From Longimicrobiales bacterium (GTDB lineage: Bacteria; Gemmatimonadota; Gemmatimonadetes; Longimicrobiales; Gaopeijiaceae): DNA of 64,000 bases. Position 1 is the stretch's first letter, and each line of letters starts with the position of its first letter. Shown here one piece after another: positions 59,552 through 64,000 of this stretch. Below the pieces are notes generated by a model. That model made no database searches, was not told where the DNA came from, and saw only the letters and a program-made list of their open reading frames with translations. Made by a program: the position numbers and the translations under genes. The stretch is taken from NCBI GenBank assembly GCA_965238005.1, contig OZ250165.1, forward strand, positions 576,001-640,000, in the 5' to 3' direction.

Positions 59552-60607
59552 TTAGACACTCTCCCTCAGTGGCCCACATCCTGCATACTTCCTGTCCGCC
59601 ACCCCAAGCGTCCGACTCTTCGCCCCCCAACCCGCTGAATTGTGGAAATTCGCCACCATGCCGCCCGGCGGAACCAGCTCGTCGCATGCCCGCCGCGCGT
59701 CGTCGCTCAACCGCATGTCGCCCACGGGCAGGAGATCGTCGAGGTGGCTAAGTGTACGGGGACCGATGATAGGCGCCGTAATGCCAGGCTGGTCCTTCAC
59801 CCAGAGAACAGCGAGCTGGATCGGCGGGATTCCTGTCTCCTTCGCGAGAGCCACGAACTGGTTGCCCACATCGATCCCGGGTTCGTTGATCCGTTCCGCA
59901 TAGATCCCACCTCTGAAAGCTGCCCTTGACCCCTCCGGAAAAGCCATGGCATTCGCGTAGCGGCCGGTGAGCACACCTTGGGCGGTGGGAGACCATGTCA
60001 TGAGGCCCAGACCGTGCTCGACGCAGAGCGGTACCAGCTCGTTCTCAATGCGCCTGTCCAGCAGGTTGTAGGGAGGCTGTTCGCAACAGTACCGCGCGTA
60101 CCCCCGGCGATCGCTGATGGCCAGAGCCTCCATCACCCGCCAGGCGGGGTGTGTGGAGCACGCCACGTAGCGGACCTTGCCGGAACGAACCAGATCGTCG
60201 AGCGCAGCCAGCGTCTCCTCCTGATGGGTATCAGGATCGAATCGGTGGATGAAGTAGAAGTCGATGTAGTCCGTCTGCAGCCGATCCAGAGAGTCCTCGC
60301 AGGCCCGCACAATGTGCAGCCTCGAATTGCCACGGTCGTTGGGCCCGGGTCCAGTCGGTGGAAACACCTTCGTGGTAAGCAGCACTTGTTTGCGCAACCC
60401 GCTGCCTTTCAGAGCCCGACCGATGATCCGTTCGGCCTCCCCCTCTGCGTAGCTGTCACCGGTGTCGATCAGGTTTATGCCAGCGTCGACCGCACGCCCC
60501 AGGATCTGCTTCGCTTCGTCTTCCGGGGTCGGGTAGGCGAAGTTTGCCGTACCCAGGGCAACCGCGGATACCCTCACGCCAGTTCGGCCGAGTACTCTGT
60601 ATTCCAT
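59552..60607 (-). CDS. Aldo/keto reductase
   Basis: [41 protein letters not shown]. Confidence 0.92.
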   Translation of the reverse strand: MEYRVLGRTGVRVSAVALGTANFAYPTPEDEAKQILGRAVDAGINLIDTGDSYAEGEAERIIGRALKGSGLRKQVLLTTKVFPPTGPGPNDRGNSRLHIVRACEDSLDRLQTDYIDFYFIHRFDPDTHQEETLAALDDLVRSGKVRYVACSTHPAWRVMEALAISDRRGYARYCCEQPPYNLLDRRIENELVPLCVEHGLGLMTWSPTAQGVLTGRYANAMAFPEGSRAAFRGGIYAERINEPGIDVGNQFVALAKETGIPPIQLAVLWVKDQPGITAPIIGPRTLSHLDDLLPVGDMRLSDDARRACDELVPPGGMVANFHNSAGWGAKSRTLGVADRKYAGCGPLRESV

Positions 60608-60618
60608 TGTCGAGTCCT

Positions 60619-60646
60619 CTAGAAGTCTGTTGAGGAAGTACAGCGG
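60619..60646 (+). repeat. MITE family B solo terminal repeat (degenerate)
   Basis: CTAGAAGTCTGTTGAGGAAGTACAGCGG. Confidence 0.65.
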
Positions 60647-60653
60647 CCTCTCG

Positions 60654-61640
60654 TCATCTCACCGGCTCCGATTCACCCAGGCCCAGGATCGCTTCGATCC
60701 TTTCCATCCCACCCACTCGATCGGCCCATTCTTCATACACACTGCGGGCCGCGGCTCGAAAGGGCGCCCTGTCAGGACTGCTGATCCTCACGCCCGCCTC
60801 CCGCAGCCGCTCGAGGGCCGAATCAGCCTCGGCGCGATACCAGGCCCTCTGCTGCAGGATCATTGCACGGGCCGCCCGGTCTATCACCGCACGGTCTTGC
60901 GCGGAAAGGCTGTCATAGAACGACCGACTCATCACCACGTATTCGATCAGCCTGATCCAACCGACTCGTGCCCAAAAAGGGGCCGGCTCGTAGAACCGTT
61001 TGGCAAGGTAGTTGGGGTCTGCCGCCTCCGCGCCGTCGATGACCCCCTGTTCCAACGCCGTGTACAGCTCGCCGTACGCCATCGGCAGCGGGTTCGCACC
61101 GAACGCCTTGAAGGTGGCCAGGTGCAACCGGTTCTCCATCGTGCGAATCTTGAGCCCGCTCAAATCCTTCAGGCGCTCGACCGGGCGCTCGGTGGTCATG
61201 ATGTGACGCTCGCCCGCGTCGAAGTAACCCAGCAGGTGAAACCCGCGGCGCTCGAACGCAGGCGCAAGGGTCTGCCCTATCGACGAGTCCATCACGGCAT
61301 CGAAGTGCTCCGGCCCGTCGAACAGGAACGGCAGCTCGAAGAGGTTGGTCTCGGGGACGAAGCTGGCCATCACGCTCGCGATGTTGGCCAGCTCGACACT
61401 GCCCATCTGCAATCCTTCGACCACATCCCGCTGATTGCCCAACTGGTTGTTGGGGTAGACCTGGACGCGAATGCGGCCTTCCGTGCCTTCGGAGACCATC
61501 TCCGCAAACAGCTCGACCGCACGCACCTGCGGCTCCGACGGGTTCTGGGAGAGTGCAGCTTTCAGGATGGTGACACGCTCTCCTGAGCCGCATCCTGCGA
61601 TCAGCAGGGAGGCAGCCGCGACTACAATCCGGCCGTTCAC
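60654..61640 (-). CDS. dctP: TRAP transporter substrate-binding lipoprotein
   Basis: Lipobox [39 protein letters not shown]. Confidence 0.92.
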   Translation of the reverse strand: MNGRIVVAAASLLIAGCGSGERVTILKAALSQNPSEPQVRAVELFAEMVSEGTEGRIRVQVYPNNQLGNQRDVVEGLQMGSVELANIASVMASFVPETNLFELPFLFDGPEHFDAVMDSSIGQTLAPAFERRGFHLLGYFDAGERHIMTTERPVERLKDLSGLKIRTMENRLHLATFKAFGANPLPMAYGELYTALEQGVIDGAEAADPNYLAKRFYEPAPFWARVGWIRLIEYVVMSRSFYDSLSAQDRAVIDRAARAMILQQRAWYRAEADSALERLREAGVRISSPDRAPFRAAARSVYEEWADRVGGMERIEAILGLGESEPVR

Positions 61641-62917
61641 TGGGCGGCCAGGCGCGGGAGCCACAGCACGGTGTCGGGCCAGTAGGTCACGACGACGAGC
61701 ACCAGAAGCATGGCGATCAATATCGGCACCACCTGCGCACTCACGGCTCGCACGCTCTGCTCTGCAATGCCACAGGCGACGAACAATGTGGCTCCGTACG
61801 GCGGTGTGATGTATCCGATGGCCAGATTCACCGTGGCCAGAATCCCGAAGTGAAGGGGATCGATCCCGAAATCGAGGGCCAACGGAAACAAGATCGGCAC
61901 GAACACGATCACCGCTGAGAAGCTCTCGAGGAACATCCCTAACAGGAGCAAGACCAGGTTTAGGAACATCAAGAACAAGATGCGGTCGCTGATGTGGGCC
62001 TGTAACAGAGCCCCCAAAGCCTGCGGCACCTGGTGCGCCGCCACTAGCCAGGCAAACAGCATCGCCGCCGCCGCGATGAACAGCACCACGCACGATCTCT
62101 CGGCCGCCTCGAGGACGATGGACGGGAGATCTCGCCAGCCGATCTCGCGATAGAGGAAGAGCCCAACCGCGAGACCATATACGACCGCCGCGGCTGCCGC
62201 CTCGGTCGCGGTGAATACCCCCGCCAAAATCCCGAACACGATCAGCACCGGCAGTCCCAACGCCGGGAGCGCCTTCACTCCGGTGGCCAGGGTTTTCCGC
62301 GCATCGAACGGCACAGGCGCATCGAAGTCCGGTCCCTCCTTGAGTGCTTGCCGATAGGCAACCACCATGAGGCCGAGGCCGATCAGCACCCCCGGCACGA
62401 CACCCGCCAGGAACAATTGGGCCACAGAGGTTCCGGTCACGTATCCGATCACGATCATCAGGATACTCGGCGGTATGACCGGGCCGATCGCTCCCGCGGC
62501 CGCCTGCAGTGCGGCGGCGAAACGCATGTCGTAACCTCTGCTCCGCATCGCCGGCAGCATGATCGAGCCCACGGCCGCCGTGTCCGCGGTCGACGATCCC
62601 GAAATGCCCGCGAACACCATGCTGGCCATCACCGTCACCATCCCCAGGCTCCCCCGCACGAAGCACAAACAGGCGGAAGCAAACTCCACGATGCGCCGCG
62701 ACATGCCTCCCTTGTCCATCAATCCCCCGGCCAGCATGAACAACGGCACCGCCATGATCGGCCACGAATCGAGTGCGGTGAACATGCGCTGCGGTACCAG
62801 GGTGATCGGAAGACTCGGCTCGGCCAGGAGGGCGCCCAGGGCGCCCACACCGAGGGCGAACGCCACTGGCATGCCGATGATGATCAGCACGAGCATGATC
62901 AGCACCAGCGGGATCAC
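61637..62917 (-). CDS. dctM: TRAP transporter large permease
   Basis: AVPLFMLAG, GISGSSTADTAA, IPPSI, FTATEA, ITPPYG. Confidence 0.93.
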   Translation of the reverse strand: MIPLVLIMLVLIIIGMPVAFALGVGALGALLAEPSLPITLVPQRMFTALDSWPIMAVPLFMLAGGLMDKGGMSRRIVEFASACLCFVRGSLGMVTVMASMVFAGISGSSTADTAAVGSIMLPAMRSRGYDMRFAAALQAAAGAIGPVIPPSILMIVIGYVTGTSVAQLFLAGVVPGVLIGLGLMVVAYRQALKEGPDFDAPVPFDARKTLATGVKALPALGLPVLIVFGILAGVFTATEAAAAAVVYGLAVGLFLYREIGWRDLPSIVLEAAERSCVVLFIAAAAMLFAWLVAAHQVPQALGALLQAHISDRILFLMFLNLVLLLLGMFLESFSAVIVFVPILFPLALDFGIDPLHFGILATVNLAIGYITPPYGATLFVACGIAEQSVRAVSAQVVPILIAMLLVLVVVTYWPDTVLWLPRLAAQ

Positions 62918-63402
62918 GATCCCTCCAACTCTCGAGCGCGTTGCCGCGTCGCCAGGATCGACTCCAGCAGCATCAGCCCGCCGGAGACGGGAAACACCAG
63001 GTACACCAACCCCATGTTCAGCTGCATGGCGGGAGACGTCTGCACCCACCCGATCAGCATGAGCCGCACGCCCCAGACCACCACCACCGCCGAGTAGATC
63101 GCGATCAGACCACCTGTGATCACTGCAACCGCTCTTCGCACTCCCGGGGCCAGTGTCGGCCCCAGATAGTCGACGGCCAGGTGGCTGCCTTTACGCAAAC
63201 AGATGGAGGAGGTGAGAAGGATTATCCACACCTGGCAGAAGCGGGCGAGTTCTTCGGTCCAGGTGGGGGGTTGGTCGAACACGTACCGTGCGACGACCTG
63301 TGCGAACACGGCGATCGTCAGCACGGCAAAGAGGGTTACGATCGTTATCTCGACCGATCGACGGATCGGCCGCAAGAACCGGTCAGTTGCTCCAGTCGAC
63401 AA
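62914..63402 (-). CDS. dctQ: TRAP transporter small permease
   Basis: QVVARYVF..WTEELARF, HLAVD, SPAMQL. Confidence 0.9.
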   Translation of the reverse strand: MSTGATDRFLRPIRRSVEITIVTLFAVLTIAVFAQVVARYVFDQPPTWTEELARFCQVWIILLTSSICLRKGSHLAVDYLGPTLAPGVRRAVAVITGGLIAIYSAVVVVWGVRLMLIGWVQTSPAMQLNMGLVYLVFPVSGGLMLLESILATRQRARELEGS

Positions 63403-63722
63403 TGATCTGGGCGCAGATTTTGATCGCACGGATGTAGTCCTCGACATCCACCCACTCGTCATGCCCGCCGGCCTGCGTGAGATCTCCAGCCAAGGGACCG
63501 ATACCGACCGAAGGGATATTGCTGAAGAGCTTGGGGTTCCTGATATCGCTCTCCGAGTGCAGTGGGTTCACCTCCGGCTCGACACCCGTAACCTCGACGA
63601 CCGCCTGATACACCGTCCGGTACAGAGGATGGTCACTCGGTACCTCGACGCCTTGGGTGCCGGCCAACCACTCGACCACCGGCAGCTGCTCCGCCAGCCA
63701 CTCGTCACCTTGTAAACCCCGC
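63383..63722 (-). pseudogene. C-terminal fragment of an ArgE/DapE (M20) peptidase
   Basis: DHPL...SDIR...PSVGIGP...HDEWVDVEDY; the zinc-binding N-terminus is absent. Confidence 0.65.
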
Positions 63723-63920
63723 TGAAGGATGGGCGGCAGATAAGCTATCCGATCGTCCTGGGGCCTGCAAAGCGGGCGTCTCACCGGGACGCGCGCCAAC
63801 CACGCCCCTTTTCCCAGCCGAATCTCCGGGTTGGCAGCCTGCGGCCCCGAGGCCCAGGGTCGCCAGCACCACGAGGGCGGCGCGGGCAGTGGGGGGTTGG
63901 CTGGCGTCACTCGCGATCAT
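63705..63920 (-). pseudogene. Lipoprotein N-terminal fragment abutting the M20 remnant
   Basis: Hydrophobic stretch plus GAAGC lipobox; the ORF ends after 71 aa. Confidence 0.35.
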
Positions 63921-64000
63921 GGTCCGGTCGCTGGCTGGGCGGGTCGATGAACCGCGGCCGACCGATCCAACCGAGCCGGCTTCGCATTGAATTTCGACAA

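Noticed and set aside
53876..60646. Composite transposon carrying the bio operon
   Set aside because: The two MITE B ends are in the same orientation and no transposase is present.
61641..62765. 703 aa ORF suggesting a large DctP fusion
   Set aside because: The N-terminal part is an alternate-frame overlap of dctM; DctP starts at GTG 61640.

Overview
A GC-rich bacterial window. The gene content and protein styles suggest Gemmatimonadota (Longimicrobiales-like); this is an inference, not a marker-gene call. 1-17 kb holds housekeeping genes (arsC, YgfZ-like, SirB1-like, lon, ggt, NUDIX, AAA ATPase/VWA pair, mutY, PhzF). It also holds a selenocysteine-containing selD (in-frame UGA plus a SECIS-like hairpin, missed by the ORF track) and a degenerate ETF-QO. 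The centrepiece (17.9-34.5 kb) is a co-oriented respiratory gene cluster. It opens with a maturation-type module: ferredoxin, Mrp/ApbC ATPase, and three proteins carrying four PCP_red-like domains (a small Cys-motif protein, a tandem USP protein and an AhbD/NirJ-like radical SAM-SPASM enzyme). Next come an atypical CydA-like 'bd-like' subunit with no CydB and altered catalytic motifs, three c-type cytochromes (5 CxxCH motifs, one protein fused to an EB_dh/DOMON domain) and a cupredoxin-like lipoprotein. It ends with a complete A1-type heme-copper oxidase and accessory membrane proteins. I propose this is a bd-like electron-input module wired to an aa3-type oxidase, occupying the role of complex III/ACIII. 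A second, conventional caa3 operon (41.9-45.9 kb) has an inactivated subunit I, and a SAM-I riboswitch-controlled met module lies between it and ctaG. 46.9-64 kb is a mosaic of gene fragments around intact bioBAFD, a Tat-exported M24 peptidase, an aldo/keto reductase and a TRAP transporter. Two MITE families share an internal hairpin motif, and a ~200 bp palindrome sits in frame in a cytochrome gene. No rRNA, tRNA, CRISPR array or transposase was recognised. All calls come from motif reading by eye.
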